64,000 nt of DNA from Eledone cirrhosa (Eukaryota), in assembly GCA_964016885.1 (NCBI GenBank), contig OZ024761.1, positions 11,470,001-11,534,000 on the forward strand. The letters are read 5' to 3'. Under the pieces are notes generated by a model, which was not told the DNA's origin, made no database searches, and was given only the letters and a program-made list of their open reading frames with translations. A program made the position numbers and the translations under genes. The first letter of the stretch is position 1; the number at the start of each line of letters is the position of its first letter. Below, in pieces: positions 63,281 to 64,000 of this stretch.

Positions 63281-64000
63281 TGCTGTGGACTCTGAACCTG
63301 ACTGTCCACTGTGTGGGGGGTGGTCAACTGGACTGGCCCTGCACATAGGGGTGCCATCTAGTCCCAGGCTCCCAAAATGTAGTTTCGTACAGAGAAGGGT
63401 TCGACGCGGCGAAATTGGCCTGTTAGTCTTCACAGTCAAGGACCTGTTTTTACTATATCTGCTTCAAGACAATTCTGACCAAGATTAGACAAGTCTTACT
63501 TCCATATTAGCATCTGTCAATTCAGTAGATCACTTAACAACTTTGCTTATTAATAATCACAAAACAAGGCCACTTATTGACACTAGACCAGACAAAACAT
63601 TCTACCACGATGGGGCGAGATCATGGTTTCTAAATCAGAGAACGTTTCTTTAACAATCTCAAGCTTATTAAAAGCAGAAGGAATATTCAGAGTGTATAGA
63701 ACTATGTATGAATTTAAGCTAATAAATGTACCACCAAGAAGGCTACCTCAGGATTTGCACTCCATTTAAGAAGAAATTAAACTTATGCTTACATCGACAA
63801 CATAAGTATGGCTGGAGAGGAAATTCACTGAACATGACGAATCTACAACTAGAGCTGGAAGACAACAGAAACGACCATCCTACCTGAAATATATGTTATA
63901 TTAAATATATTTCTTTTACTACCATGTTTTGTCTTTAAAACGTTTGAATCTGAATATGATATGCATGTTGTATAAACAAAGCAAGTCAATCTTTTCCCCC

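Noticed and set aside
63410-63900. Possible LTR-retrotransposon integrase tail (TTRAGRQQKRPSYL)
   Set aside because: A single short motif with no supporting domains or LTR.

Overview
Eukaryotic, repeat-dominated genomic DNA. It is most likely an octopod cephalopod, inferred from the (GAT)n-tailed RTE LINEs, tRNA-derived SINE types and very dense micro/minisatellites. About half the window is tandem repeat: a ~13.3 kb 31-bp satellite (19735-33068), a ~13.2 kb 36/38/40-bp satellite (33819-47006), and more than ten smaller arrays. The very long ORFs in the ORF track come from these repeats. The only host gene I can support is six GT-AG coding exons of an OTUD3-like deubiquitinase on the + strand (51492-60606); its first and last coding exons were not found. 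Mobile DNA includes a young 5'-truncated RTE LINE with an intact RT and a PHD-type zinc finger, further RTE copies, two SINE families, TTAA piggyBac-type MITEs, hAT and Tc1/mariner MITEs, and CR1/L2 and Penelope-like relics. The most interesting observations are: (1) a Rab1 mRNA fragment fused in frame to an RTE RT at an apparent exon end/cryptic acceptor; (2) several tandem arrays whose monomers trace to transposons in the same window, including a likely LINE-derived seed beside the 13-kb 36/38/40-bp satellite; (3) kb-scale higher-order structure in both large satellites; (4) a ~395-bp near-perfect foldback in the OTUD3 intron. I see no support for a wholly new multi-gene system.
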